Source: Geosiphon pyriformis uo1 (taxonomy: Eukaryota > Fungi > Glomeromycota). Taken from it: DNA of 64,000 bases. Where the stretch lies: positions 1 through 64,000 of the forward strand of contig JAAOMT010000502.1 of the NCBI GenBank assembly GCA_016748015.1, in the 5' to 3' direction. Positions 38,430 through 51,863 of the stretch are shown one piece after another. The notes below the pieces were generated by a model. The model was not told the origin of the DNA and ran no database searches. It saw only the letters and a list, made by a program, of their open reading frames with translations. Position numbers and translations under genes: made by a program. How positions within the stretch are numbered: the first letter of the stretch is position 1; every line of letters starts with the position of its first letter.

Positions 38430-39035
38430 AATTCATTGTGATCTATACTCGGACAACATCCTAAAATATGAATATGATCTATTTGATATACATTCTTCGA
38501 CTTTGGATTATGTCAACTTATAAACAATTTTGCCACAATGAAAACAGCAACAACAACAGGAAAAGCAATATTGAAGAAAAAGACATATGGAATTCCATAC
38601 ATTCCGCCAGAAGTTTTAAGAGGAGAAAGTCTACAATTGCTGGTAATATTTATATTGTTCCCATGTTATTATTGGATTAGCAACAGATAAGCTTTCTTTT
38701 CATAATTGTTCTCATAATTTTATTCTTATAATAGTTATTTTAAATGCTCAAAGACCTAAGATAGCCTCCCCACTTATTCCACTTTGCATTGTTGCGGAAG
38801 AAGTTTCAAGGAAGTTGTGAGAACTTTAAATAAAGTTGAAGGATTCTACAAATAAAGAAGAATCTACAGGTAAAAATTTTACAGATCAAGGTTAAAATTA
38901 TGTCTCCAGTTTTTAAAATCTGATAAACACGTAATGAAACTAATAAAGAACAAATTGACAACAAATCATTCAACAACAACAACAACAATGATAAAATTTC
39001 ATCTAGGAGCAGTTTATACAAGTTGTGTTTTAAAT
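38430..39035 (+). pseudogene. AMF-type tyrosine-kinase-like kinase pseudogene (C-lobe and tail)
   Basis: IHCDLYSDNIL (HRDLHxGNIL), DFGLCQ, TYGIPYIPPEVLRGE, LATDKLSFHNCSH..ILNAQRPKI and tail FHLGAVYTSCVL (HPxAxYTSRxL); several frameshifts. Confidence 0.85.
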
Positions 39036-40149
39036 TTGCAAATGGGAGAACCTGAAGGTTAGTTTATTTAATTAAAAGAGATTTTTACATTAATCAATTC
39101 TTTCATTTAATATGCCAAACTTTTTTTACTTAAAAATTTTAAAATAGAATTTATTTATCTTCCACAAATTATGAGATAATTCACATTTAGAAGACATTAA
39201 TAGATATATTTTACTAATAACAAAACAAATTCCATATCGTGATTCATAAAAGTTATACCACCCAAAAAGATGTATTAAAATTCTTAATATATTCATTTGA
39301 ACTCATCTTTATTAATTTAAAAAGTTTTTATTTTTACACTTGAATTTAATTTGCTTATATTTAAATAATGAAATTTATGCTTTTAAATTATTATTTATTG
39401 TTATTATTTAGACGACTTAAAAAATATATTTTTCTCATTAGCAATTTATTGATATTTTTTAATATAAAATTTTAATATTGTTGAAAAATATAAGAGTTGC
39501 AATATTATTAATTTTGAAAAAATTGATATAAAACCAATTTTTTTAAAATTTTATTTTTTTGCATAAACTAAATAAATTATTGTTATTCATTATTTGTAAC
39601 AATTTATTGGCTAAATTTTTAATACATAAAATATTTTGTTAGTTTATATATATAAATATACTATATTTTTAATGATAAATAACAATTATTTAATCTTGTA
39701 TGTTTTTTTCTAATTAAATGAATTATTTAATAATTTGTAACGTGGATTTGTTTATTATATAAAACTTGCTAATAATTAAATCAAAAATAACAATTTAATT
39801 ATTATATTAATAATATGTGTAAGTTTTATTGGATATTTATTATTATTTATCAAAAAAAGCTTGATTTTTTTTATTGCTTAATAAAGTGAGGTTCAACCAC
39901 TATTTACCGACATAAAATTAAAACCATTTTATAATAAACACAGTTCATATTTTGTTTACACGTAACCAGCCATTTAAGCTAATAAAAGCAATACTACACA
40001 TTATAATTCAGATTTTAACTAGCATATCATTAATAAAAATATGACCAACCAACAAGTAAACATTTAAAAAACTAATTTTATTACATAAACCAAAATAACT
40101 TAAATATTCAAATTATTGTAACACGAAATTTTTAGTATATTAGATTTGG

Positions 40150-40900
40150 TTGTAGTATTATTTAACCCTTTAATTAATTATCCTTTTTTATAATTTGCTT
40201 AAATCTTGCATTTGGCAGCCAAATTCTTTCTTTGTATGTAATCAGAAACAATTATACAAATCTCACAATCTTAATTATGACCAATCCTGTAAATTCCAAA
40301 ATTCTTAGTATGTTACTTTCCAATCTTTCAAAATAAATTTTTTAGCCAGAGCCATATAAAACTGCCTCAGAGAATTTACTCACTTGTTTTATTCACAGAT
40401 AACAAATTAGCAAGATTCTGCATAATTCTGAAACTATAATTCTCTATACTTGTAAGCAATAAGTAGAATTTAAGTGCATAAACTAGTCACTTTAGTGCTA
40501 GTGAATTCAGTTTTCATTTAAAATCTGAATGCCAAAACAAAACTGTTCTTTGCCAATTTATATTATTCGCTAAATCTTTGTCTAAATATCTTTTTGCACA
40601 TTTCACTTTTCAATTAGCAGTTTCATAGACATAACAGATGAAATGACATGTATTATTCGAGACAAAATTGTCACTTTGGCTTTTCAAAAACCTTTTAGAT
40701 ATCCCATGCAGTTCGCCTATTTATTATCCAAAGTTTCCAAGTAATCTTTTACTTTAATCATAATTAACGACCAAATTTTTTTCAATGATGGTTTTAGGTA
40801 TTTTGCATCTCTCCATCCAGCATTTGTTGTGGAAATTCAGTCTGGCCTTTCTAAATTTTAAAGTACACATATGCATGACTGTTTGACTATCTGGATATAT
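40150..40900 (-). mobile_element. 3' fragment of a LINE ORF2
   Basis: Minus-strand INWQRTVLFWHSDFKMKTEFTSTKVTSLCT and YKERIWLP resemble the post-RNaseH C-terminus of this LINE type. Confidence 0.55.
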
Positions 40901-41611
40901 ATCTCACATATCTTTCCTTAGCTTTAATTAACAAATTATAAAATTTTCATATGTCAATGTAAATTTTTACTTAAAATTGTGATTTGATTGAATTAGTTTA
41001 TAAAATACTATTTTAATTTTGAGTATAAGCATTTGTTTTATTTTAAAAAAATGATGGAAATTCCAAAAGCATTTCAAGACATTTTTGACTTATTAATTAA
41101 TCTATTAAAAATCAATAAATTATGAATAAATGAATTATTCATTTATTATTCTGAGGTTTGAATCAAAAAAAAATTTCAAAAGCAAACTGAAAATTCTGGT
41201 GCAAAAATAAGATTAAACAAGCAAAATTAGGTACTTCGAATTTATTGGAAAATATCACCATTTTAAAAATTTTGTTTAGAACCTATTTATTAAAGAGTTA
41301 GTGTCTCGAAGCTGAGCTTATATTTAAGGTAAAACTCTTCACCTTCTCAAAAGTATATTTTTTTTATTAAATTACCAAGTAAAAATCTAAAAAATAGTTT
41401 AAATTAGCAGAAAAACATAAGTATGCATATAAAAGTTGTATTTCTAAAGACCTGACTTCAGATATTACTTTTATTAAAAGGACTTATAAATTCTAGATAA
41501 TATGGTATTCTTTTAAATTGATCGTGGGGCTTACAACAGTAAGCTATAGAATATTCTGGTGGAAATTTCTAAGATAGAGCACAACCTTCAGAAAATATAA
41601 ATAAAATCAAT

Positions 41612-43113
41612 TTATTTTTTTATGATTTGAAAAACTTCATACTCCTCGATAAAGAAATCCACTTGTTGATTTTCTGATCCAGGCATTATAGCATGCTCAT
41701 AATTTATTGACTTTTTACAATGGCACCCTTGACTACTTTTAAAGTCATTGCCATACAATCAAAGATCTTTATTTCCAAAAGAGGGTCCTAAACTTGAATT
41801 ACACAAAGGTCCAAGTTCCCTAACAAATTTGCTAAGTTTAGCATTTTCAGCTTTGCCATCTCCAAGGGAAAAAATAAAACTTCCTTCTCCATTTATATAG
41901 GCAGCCCTAGAGTACCAAGGTTCTGGGGTATAGCCGCCAATTAGCTGACCGGTTCCTTTCACTTTGATTACACTTACTGTTGATCCTTTATTATCACATA
42001 ATCGATGAAAATCGGCTGGAGAGAATCCGTCTCGACTGCCTCGAAGTAACAATTTAAAATCATTTCCAAGTTGATCTTCAAAAGGAGTATTTTCGTCTTT
42101 GCCTTGAATCCAATCATCAAGCTGTCTTATATTATGCGATCGAAGAAGCTTTGAATCAATATTTAATCGAGAATAACGTAATGGCTGAGCGTCTACAGAC
42201 TTTTGATGACTACCCGGTACGAGATAATGATGTAAAAGATCTTCATATAAAGTTCCAGGTAAGATTCTCGCAAATGGTTTTACTTTGTGATAGAAATCAA
42301 CTGAAGATATGTTAAAGAAGCGGATTAAAGGTAGAAGTCTTTTAATGGATTCCTTAAAGGTGTTAAAGTTTTCATCTGTCCAGTCAAGAACTTCTTTCAT
42401 CTGAATATTGTTATCCAATTTAGCAACTCCCCATTCCACAATCTTTTCCCATATTTCAGATTCTTTTATATTTAGGTCATCCCTGGTTAAAATTGAGGAA
42501 AGAACATTTTCACTAAGAGAGGTAAAATCTTGCGAGTTGAAGACTATGGCTGGATTCTTGACAACTATTTCTGTACAGAAGTTTTGTAACTTTTTGAAAT
42601 CATGCATAAATGAAGTTTTCTGCAAAATGGCGAAATTTTCTTCTAGCTCTTTTGCACGGTGTTCAATCAAATAGTCTTCAAGGGGATCAATTATTTTTTC
42701 TAGAATAAGCTCGTCAGCGGTAACGAGCAATTCTAAAATGGTGGATACTTCATGTTTATCAAGAGAAATCTCGCCATTATAAATATATCTGTGCAGGAAA
42801 TCTAACGTATGAATTTATGTTGGCGAAAATACTTTAAAGCAAATGAAAACCTTTACCTAAGAATTATCTCAAAAATTTTGGGTGAAATATTAGGTTTATC
42901 AAAGATAATGGGATTATTTTCTCTTTTAATCCCATTACTAGAGAGTGCTACAGCAAAATATGGTGATCTTGCTGCCAAAATTGGCGAATGAGCATGAAAA
43001 GTTCTAATATTAGGCGCTTCTCCAACAACAATCTTAACATCAGAGAAATTCTGGCTATCCAGTAAATTTCCAAAATCATCGGATAAAGCATGAAAGAATT
43101 GCTGGGGTGCCAT
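41612..43113 (-). CDS. BTB/POZ-BACK-TLDc protein (exons 43113-42857, 42788-41612) with one in-frame TGA at 41761-41759; possibly a recent pseudogene
   Basis: BTB FSDVKIVVGE..FHAHSPILAARSPYF..ILR|YIYNG; 68-nt GTAAAG..CAG intron; BACK ILTRDDLNIKESEIWEKIVEWG; TLDc FKLLLRGSRDGF..FHRLCDNKGSTV..IGGY..SFIFSL..GPSFG..EEYEVFQI. Confidence 0.9.
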
Positions 43114-46108
43114 TGGTAAAAGATATAAAAAGCTTTGAAATATTGATATATCAATCTGCAGTGTTTTAAGGAAAGGCACTTTTACAAATCAAATCAGCAG
43201 AGATTTATACTATATGTAATATGTGATTGACAGGTGATCAGATATTATTTTAATAAAAATTCTAACCAATTAAATTAAAAAACGCATTTTTGAAATTCAG
43301 TGTTTGGCAAATGAATTTGAGTATTAAAGTAAAATTAGTTTATTTTAAAATTTCATTCACCTCAAGGAATTCTATTTTTAAAATATTAATATTTGACCAT
43401 ATAGAAATATTTAAGATCAAAATGTTTGAAAAATCTTCTGAACCTTAAATATAATCGGCCAGTTAAAATGAGTTTCTTTGCGTTACAGATTTTTAGTATG
43501 GGTTTTGAATAATTGATAAGTAATGCAAAAATCAAAAATAAGGATGTGAATGAGAACTAATTTATGAACAAAATAAGTAAAAATAAGATTTTATAATTAT
43601 AAAAACTCTAATATTTTTACTTATTAAAAGTCAAGAGCATAAAAACTGGCTTGAAATCTTAATAAAAAATAATCAAAATCAAGAGTAAATTAAATAAATT
43701 TGAAATTTGAATCAGTAAACATGTATTTTAATACGGAACCAAATCAAACATCCGGTATAAGGGTTGAAATCAGAAACTTGCAAATAATATTACTCTATTT
43801 AATTTTAAAACAATTTTTGGGAAGGCAATGCTTGTATAAACACGTACATAAACTCAAAAAGAAGCTTCTTTGGCTTTAGGACTATGATTGCTCTTATTAT
43901 AGTTCATATTTTAGAAAGAATATGAAGAATTGTGAATGTTCATAGGCGAATAATATTTTAGAAGAAAAACCGACACAAAATTCTTAATTTGATTTAAATA
44001 TTAGACAAAATATTGCTATAGGAAATTCTTTATCTTAACATTATTAAAATCTTTTAGGTTTAAATTTAAAATAAAATATTAATAATGGATTTCATTTATT
44101 AAAGTTTTGATTACTTTACTTGGGTGAATTTGATAAATTTTAAAATTATTTTTAAAAATCCCTAGTAAATTCCAAAAAAAGAACATTATGATTTGATAAA
44201 ACTATATTGATATTTCAGTTGAGACTTTTTTAAATATTTAAAAACTTATTTTTTCATCTTTATCTTAAAAATTTTATTAAATTTCAACCCCTTTAAAATT
44301 GAAGTTTCGTAAAAAAAAAATTTTAGAAGACCAGGTGATTTTGAAAATAAAATTTTTAAAAAATATTACAAAATAATTATAATATTTTTAATTGCTTATA
44401 GATTTTTTTTATAAAATTTGTTTTTTATAAAAAATATTAAAAATTTAACTTTTTAAAACTAGTTTAATATACCAATATATTTTTATAAAAAATTTATTCA
44501 TATAAATTAATATTATTGCGTTTTAATTAATTTACATAAAACAAATATTATTTTTTGTTTTATAGAATTTTTAATAAAATTAATATAATTCTTGATTTTT
44601 TTAAAAGAAATTTTCAGACCATTTTGTATGCGTATAAAATTTCTAATTAAAATAAAATACAATAAAATAAAATAAAATGAATTTAAATTTGATTATAAAA
44701 AATTGAAAATTGAAATATTATAAACAAAAAAAAAGGTGTATTTTTTTTATTAAATTATTTTGATTAAATCTTAAAATTATTTTAAATTATTTAAATAAAT
44801 AAATAAAGTGTTTTCAACTTTTATGTATAAAAAATATATATATTAAAAATTGTAATTTTATTTTATTTTTTTATTTGCTGTTTTTATTTCCGGTTTTTAT
44901 TTTCTTTCTAATATTTTTTTACAATCAAATAAATATAGAATAAATATTAAATTTAATTAATTATCAATTTAGGGTTTAAAACTTTAATTCTTGTTTTATA
45001 TTAATTAATCTACTTTCACCGGATACTAAGTCAAAATAGGGGTGTAATCAGAATGTTTATCAAAATTCAAACCTTATTTATTTATTTGATTACTTTTTTT
45101 CCTTATAATAAAATCATAAATAAATTTTTAAAGAGTTAAATTTGAAGACCTAGCATATAGCTCTGTAATAAAGGGAATTACGCCATATATACTAAAACTT
45201 CTCCATGACCAAATGAGGAGAAGAGCCAGCACTATTGCCAACATGTTCCAGAGGAAAAACACCCTTCCACTTTTTTCTAAAAGAAAGAATTTTACCAGCA
45301 GAGCCCAGAACTCAAGCTTTTTGCACCCTTTTTTGTATTCATAAAACCATCAGTACTATTGGCAGCCTTGTTGTCGAACACGAAAGGTATGGTATTGTCA
45401 AACTGAATACTGAATAACTAAAACAAAGATAAAAAAAACTTTTTCTTCAAAACTGACTCTTTGGGGAATTTGTAACGAAGGAGAAGAAAAAGTTTTTTTA
45501 TTCGATATCTGTTGTTTTGAAAAAATGTTTTGAATTTTATAAATATATATAAAATTATTGAAAAGTTTTAATTTAAAACAAAAAAATTTTAATTACTTTA
45601 TTCTTTTTTCAACTTCCTTTTCCTACTTAAAAAATTTCTCAAAAATGAAAATATTAAAAAGTTTATCATTTTGACATCATTTTTTAATCTCAAAATGAGT
45701 TGTACCTATTTTAGAGCAATTTCTGCTGTATTGTGATAGGTAGTGGTTGGGCACCACTCGTTAATGTAAATGAAAAAAAAATTTCAAATGCATTAAATAA
45801 TGATAAGTCTAGAGCTAGTGGACGAGACAAAAATTTTATAATGCTACCATTTTAGAAGATAGTTTTCAATTTTTTATTTTGTTTATTAGGTTTTTGGAAA
45901 CCATTATTAACACTCGAGTAAAAGAAAAATAAACTTATAAATATATTTATATGTTTATATGTTTATACACTTAAAGATAAAAGATATAGGCGGTGGGATT
46001 TCTAAGGTATGTTTAATGATATGAGAGAAAAATCAATAATTACAAGAGCAAAAGCTAGTTTAACAGAATCTTTTAAAAATTGTAAAGTTTTGGAAAAATG
46101 CTCCACGT

Positions 46109-46375
46109 CTATTCATGATAAGGTGGTGGCGGTTCATTGGGTGTCATACTTGAGGCTTGAATTTGAAGTTTTTGTGATCCAGAAGGTGATGTCTTTTGGT
46201 CATTTGGCACATTTTCAACGGTTAACGGTGTTTGATCTTGAGATTGCTGAATTGTTTGGGATTTCTTGTCTTCAGAGTTCATGATAAAGGATGAAACAAA
46301 TTTGAGTAAATGCTTTTGTAGAAAGCAATGGTGACGTCTTCTTTGGATGCCGTGTACTCTGTTTTGTGAACACAT
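46109..46375 (-). CDS. Hypothetical 88-aa protein with C-terminal PPPPY motif
   Basis: AAAATG start context; TATATAAAT ~170 bp upstream; low-complexity Q/S/P body; no recognised domain. Confidence 0.45.
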   Translation of the reverse strand: MCSQNRVHGIQRRRHHCFLQKHLLKFVSSFIMNSEDKKSQTIQQSQDQTPLTVENVPNDQKTSPSGSQKLQIQASSMTPNEPPPPYHE

Positions 46376-46729
46376 TTTAAAAAGTTTTGTTTAGCAAGTT
46401 ATTGGTAACGCGAGGTAGTTTCAAAAAGGTTTTCTTTTTTAATGATACGGGAATTTTGGTTTAAGAAGTGTTAAATAATATTTCTTAAAGGTTATTGCTT
46501 CTCAAACTGAGTTTCTCAAATTATGAAGAAATTTTACTTATATTTATATAGACTTTTAAAACATAAAGAGAAAAGGTTGGTAGATAATAGGAAGATTCCA
46601 TTCGCTTGGCATTCTTCCAAGAGATCACTAATCTGGTGCATAGAGAGGTTACACTCAATTAGCCAAGCGATGTGGATCTTTCTATACTGAATTAAACAGT
46701 CGGGTTTAGGAAAAATTATTTTTATCCGT

Positions 46730-46770
46730 CATTTTCATTTTCATTTTCATTTTCATTTTCATTTTCATTT
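46730..46770. repeat. (CATTTT)n microsatellite
   Basis: Direct inspection. Confidence 0.9.
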
Positions 46771-48959
46771 TTTTCATTATCATCATAGAGATGAAATCGT
46801 CAAGTGATTTGATTTTTTAAATTGATTAGTCTTTAATCAAAAATGAATTAGATTATTTTCAAAAAAATAATAATTAGTGAATAAGTAGGTTTAAATAGCC
46901 AAAGAATCACACTGACAGGAAGAAAATATTATTTCAGCTAAAGTATAGAACACTACTTTCCGGGCTAATGATTTTTTAAATCAATCAAACATAAATGAAT
47001 TTAAAAACCTCGCCTAACCTTTTTTTCTTTCCCCATTGTATCTTACTTTGCAACAAAATTACAAGAATAAATTTATACTAAATATCAAAATTATTATTTA
47101 ATAAAGTTGATAATAAATAGTAAACATGTGAAAATGAGCTAAATCTTATTTGGTGCATAAATGAAATAGTTCATAGAAAATTTTGTAAAACCATTAATAG
47201 AAGTTCCCCCTTTTTGCATGATTGTGAGAATTAAACCCATAAAAAATAATGTTGAATACTGTATTCCTTCCGGAAATAATCAACGCAATCTCGCCTCAGC
47301 TAGTGCTTATTTCCAAAAAAACTGGTGTTCATTTACAAGACTAATGATTATTTACAAAAGCTAAAACTTACTATATTCAAAGAATTCTTGATGGTTCATG
47401 ATTTCAATATTTGCGACTTTTTTTTGTAATAGAAAGTTTCCAATAAATTTTATATAAAATATAAATTCATTGAAGAAAATTCGATGCCAAAAACAGTTGG
47501 ATTCTTTCTCAATGCTGGGTAAGTAACAAAAAAAAATGTAAAAATTCAAAATTTTGAATTTATTTAATTTGAAACTAATTATATAAAGTTAATTAAAATC
47601 ATTTTATAAAAACCACAATAAAATAAAACCATTTTTTCATTATTTTATTGGCTGTTTTTTGAACTTTTATAAAAAGGTTTGCTTTATTTATTAATTTTTT
47701 TTGAAAAATAAAAATATATTTAAATAAATAAAATTCTTTTAGAAAATATGATATTTACTTTTTTTATCATTCACGGAATTATTATGTAAAAATTTTCCCA
47801 GGTCAAAATGGCCCTAAGCTTATTGGCGTTTGCCAAACTGAACAGGTGGTCATAGAAAAAAAATCAGTGATCATTCTTTACTTATTATTATTATTTATTA
47901 TTTATTATTTATTAATGTATCATTATTTGTGACCTTCTCTTAACCAAAATTTCGATCTTTTTTTTTTTTTTGAATTCTTTTTTACCGCATCTTTTGAACA
48001 ATATAGTCAATAAATCCATTGTAACCTTTTTGGTAATATGCATTACTAGCATATGATTATAGATCAAACCGTAATTAACCCTAAAGTTACACAAATACCT
48101 TACTTAAATTGGGCAGCGGAAGGTGTTTATAGTACTGGGGATCTTTGATTGTATCTTAAACTTGATAGCATAAAATATATTTTGACAAGCCTCAATTTAT
48201 CAATCGAAAATGGAATGACTACAAATTTTTATTGGCTTGAAAAATCGATTTCAAGAGGACAATATTAAATATTTTAACGAGCAGGGGTTTCATTAGACGT
48301 CAGTGATGTACAATTTGCATAAACAGCTCTTAAAACGTTATCCATCCATCTGAATTCAAAAGCAGTGTGATTACTTCATTTTACTGGTTACAAAAAATTC
48401 TTTTTTAAAATTTTTAGTATTGGTAAAAGGTAAGTTTTGAAAAGTGAAAGAAATGAGAATTTTGGAACCATGATTGAAAATATTTTTTTTTCAAACTTGC
48501 TTTTAGATGGTCGAAACAAATATACTCGTTCCGTAATATGGAATATGCAATATGTAAATGGAGGATTTTTTCGTCAATGTAAGCAGCATTCTATTTCACC
48601 TGCAAGATTTTCGAATAAAAATTTTCTGTATGAAAACGGGTAATACCGCTCGTTAACGTTTTTGCAAGTTACGATTTATCTTTATCGCTCATTTTGAAGA
48701 AGGTTTCATGCCTTAAATCAGAAATTTAACAATTATTTCAATCCTCTAAAAAATTTCATTAATTCCACAAATCACTCCCGCACACTAGATTGCACTTTAT
48801 ACCGAATGTTGGAATAACTCACCCCCCCCTCCCCCTCCCCCTCCCCCCACAATCCATCCAAACATTGATCAAGTCAATCAAATTAAAAGTACATTCGACT
48901 CTTTAGCAAACAGAATCAACACACATTAAAGTATCTCTATGAAATTCAGTGGAATTTCT

Positions 48960-49850
48960 CACGTCTCATCAGTTTCCAATAACGACCACGTTTCGTTTGG
49001 CTTTTCTTTTAAATATGGGATTGGATCAAGGACAGAATTTATAAAATAATTGAAAAGCGACAAATGGAAAAGGATTTTTTCCGGGTCATTGTTATTTCAA
49101 AGGAATCGGTACTCCCTCTTCATCCAAAGACGATGAAAAGCTTTCGAATTCTACACCATGGCAGCACAAAAAAAGCAATCCAATATTCTAGGCCTTTGCT
49201 ATGGGAACCAGAAAAAATTAGGAAAGACGCTTGAGCTCTATTAAAAAGTTGCAGAGACGGTCTTGCATAATGGTATCAAAATGGAACTTGAACAGCGAAA
49301 AATATTGAAAACCAGATCTAAAGTCTATTCAAAACCAACGGAGGCGCAAAGAGGAGAGTTAATTTGTGCACTTGTATTTCCTGTTTCTGGTGTTTTTAAG
49401 TAGAGGTTAAAGGCTTGCTCTAAAGTTTTGGCTGTCACTAACCCGTTCTCATTACCATCCAAGATTCATCCGCTTAATTAAATATTCCGTCTCTGCTGCT
49501 TTTGAATAGAGTTCAAATGCTTTTTCTAGAATTTTGGTTGTTCCTCATCGATTTTTAATTAATGGGCGAGTTTGTATTATAAATTTGAATTTCTGAAAAT
49601 GGACGTGGAACATCCAAAAATACTGAAATTCATTTGAACCATATTCATAAACAGCAGACACGGAATTCAAGTGCGCGAATTAATCTTGGATATTTTATGA
49701 GAACGATTCGGGACAGCCAAAACATTAGGAAAAGCATTCAGCCTTGAAGTAAAAGGAGCAGAAACAGGAAATACAAGCGCCCCAAAATATTTTTGTTCTG
49801 CCATAAAAAAAATGAGTTGATGGGAACTAGTAAAAAACTGGGAAGTAATA
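48960..49850 (+). pseudogene. Sel1-like repeat protein pseudogene with an inverted internal segment
   Basis: Plus strand: GHCYFKGIGT..KDDEK(A)FEFYTMAAQ, NILGLCY, WYQNGT*TAKN, ENGRGTSKN, TAKTLGKAFSL..AETGNTSA. Segment 49360-49550 encodes Sel1 repeats on the minus strand (GTTKILEKAFELYSKAAETE..ENGLVTAKTLEQAFNLY). Confidence 0.8.
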
Positions 49851-49957
49851 AAAACTTTTGGTAGATATATTAGCTAGATAGGAAATCTTGATTGTTGTTT
49901 TTATCAAAAAGTAGTTTCACTTTGACAACTAAAAAGTCATAACATAAAAAACTTTTT

Positions 49958-49959
<2 letters not shown>

Positions 49960-50020
<61 letters not shown>
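49960..50020. repeat. (ATT)n microsatellite
   Basis: Direct inspection. Confidence 0.95.
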
Positions 50021-50023
<3 letters not shown>

Positions 50024-50305
50024 TGGTTGACAAATAAAAAATTATTTAATTCAACGTCCTGATTCCAAATTCGTTTTTTAATATTGAACATGTACATGTA
50101 TTTAAAAAATTATATATAAATAATTTCAATATAATAATTTATGAAAAATAAATTATTTTCATGCTCGGTAATTTTTTTTTTTCTTAATTCCCAAGATTCT
50201 TGAGATTCCTAAATTTAAAAATAACTTCTTAATAAAAGAATAAATTTCTATTTTAATAATTTCAAATTTCTTTAATGTAATCTCAATAACCCAATTTTAT
50301 ATTTA

Positions 50306-51863
50306 TCACTCATTGTTTTTCAAATCAAAAACAGAAATAAATTTTCTTAAAAAATAAATTCCAAAAATCCAAACATTCCCAATAGCATTTCGACCAGTCA
50401 ATGGAGAAATGCAATAATCTGAACCAGGAATCGGGTCAATGGCAAGGTCTTCACTTGTTAACTCGTATGGAATCGAGTTAAATATAAAGGAGATTTTTAT
50501 ATTTGTTTTACACTAAATAGATAAATAAAATAATAAATAAATAAAAAAGAGAATTAGAAGAAAAAAAATCTTTTTTTTAGACAAAAAGTTTATAGATAGA
50601 TAAAAAGTTCTGAATTACCGGGAATACGTAAATATTATTATACTCAAAATTGGAAATTTTTCGAAATCCTGGAATTTTTGAATTTAGTGTATACGCGTCT
50701 TCTGGGGTTAAGTCGATAACTGCTGTACCTTTAAACGAGTGAAATCAAACATTTTTAGCAAAAAAAAAACTGATAATCACGAATTTTTAAAATTAAAAAA
50801 AAATTAAAAATCTTTATTACTAACCTGTATCAAAGGCAACTTTTCTTCCTGAAAACCCTATCTTTACTAGTTCCTTATTGACTTCTGTAGTATAACTCAC
50901 ATCATCTAAATTCACAATCCAATGACCATTCACATCAGGAAATACTTCAATAAATTCAATTTTATCTTCATCATATTCATCTGGAATACCACCAATTATC
51001 ATTTTTCCTTTCTGTTCATCATCATTCGTAGGTAAATAAAATGAAAATCTAGGATATAAATTTTTTTCTTGTTTAAAAATTAAATCAAGAAAATTATTCT
51101 GATAATTAATTGTTCTCTGATCCAATCCAAGCCCAAGCCCAAGGATACCATCACAATTAAATTTGGTAATTCCCGTTTCATAATCACTTATCCCTATCAC
51201 CATATTCTTGGCAGTTATACCACCGATGGTAACATTTTCTAATTCAAGTTCACCTTTTATTTCTCCGAATCCATAATGAAACTCAAATTCCCCTGAAAAA
51301 TTTGGAATTTTTTTGGGATTTCGTTTGAATTTGTTTTTATGACTGGTGCAAGAAAGGTCGTTTAGAGAAACAGTGGTACAATTTAAGCCAGATACAAAGA
51401 AATAACTTGATCCAGTGTCTAATAAAACATTGAAATTTTGATTGGCTATGGTGATTTTTGCCGTAAATGTTGGATAGTCTTTGTTGAATATAAGTGGCAC
51501 TGTAATTTTCTTTGCTGTGTTAAATTGATCGTTATTGTTTCTTAAAAAACTTTTGTCCTTATGATGATCATCTAAGTCAAGTAAATCTATTTGTGGCAGA
51601 CATTTTGAATTATCAAAATTTCTTTTGTATTTAGTATTCAGTTGAATTTGGTTAAATATATCATTATTATTAACATCATTATTAATTTCAAGGGTTTCTA
51701 TTGGGAATAAAAGATCTGTCGAGATTGAATCATCCAAAGATAAAGATTCAAAGGATTCTATCGATGAATCATAATAACATTCAGGAAGATACACAGAATC
51801 AACTTTGAAAAGTTTGACGATGAAAAAGATGAAAAAAAGTTTAAAAGATTTCAAGCTTTTCAT
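50306..51863 (-). CDS. Secreted pepsin-family (A1) aspartic protease (exons 51863-50825, 50728-50619, 50512-50306)
   Basis: Signal-like MKSLKSFKLFFIFFIVKLFKVDS; long acidic propeptide; catalytic LLDTGSS and AFDT|GTA; flap HYGFG; CDGILGLG; WIFG..FLRKFISVFD; canonical GT-AG introns. Confidence 0.9.

Noticed and set aside
42408-43154. Overlapping ORFs at 42408, 42809 and 42948; likewise 46009, 62139 and 62599
   Set aside because: Antisense or alternative-frame shadows of better-supported coding regions.
49870-50097. 75-aa poly-Asn ORF
   Set aside because: Microsatellite translation in the 3' flank of the protease gene.
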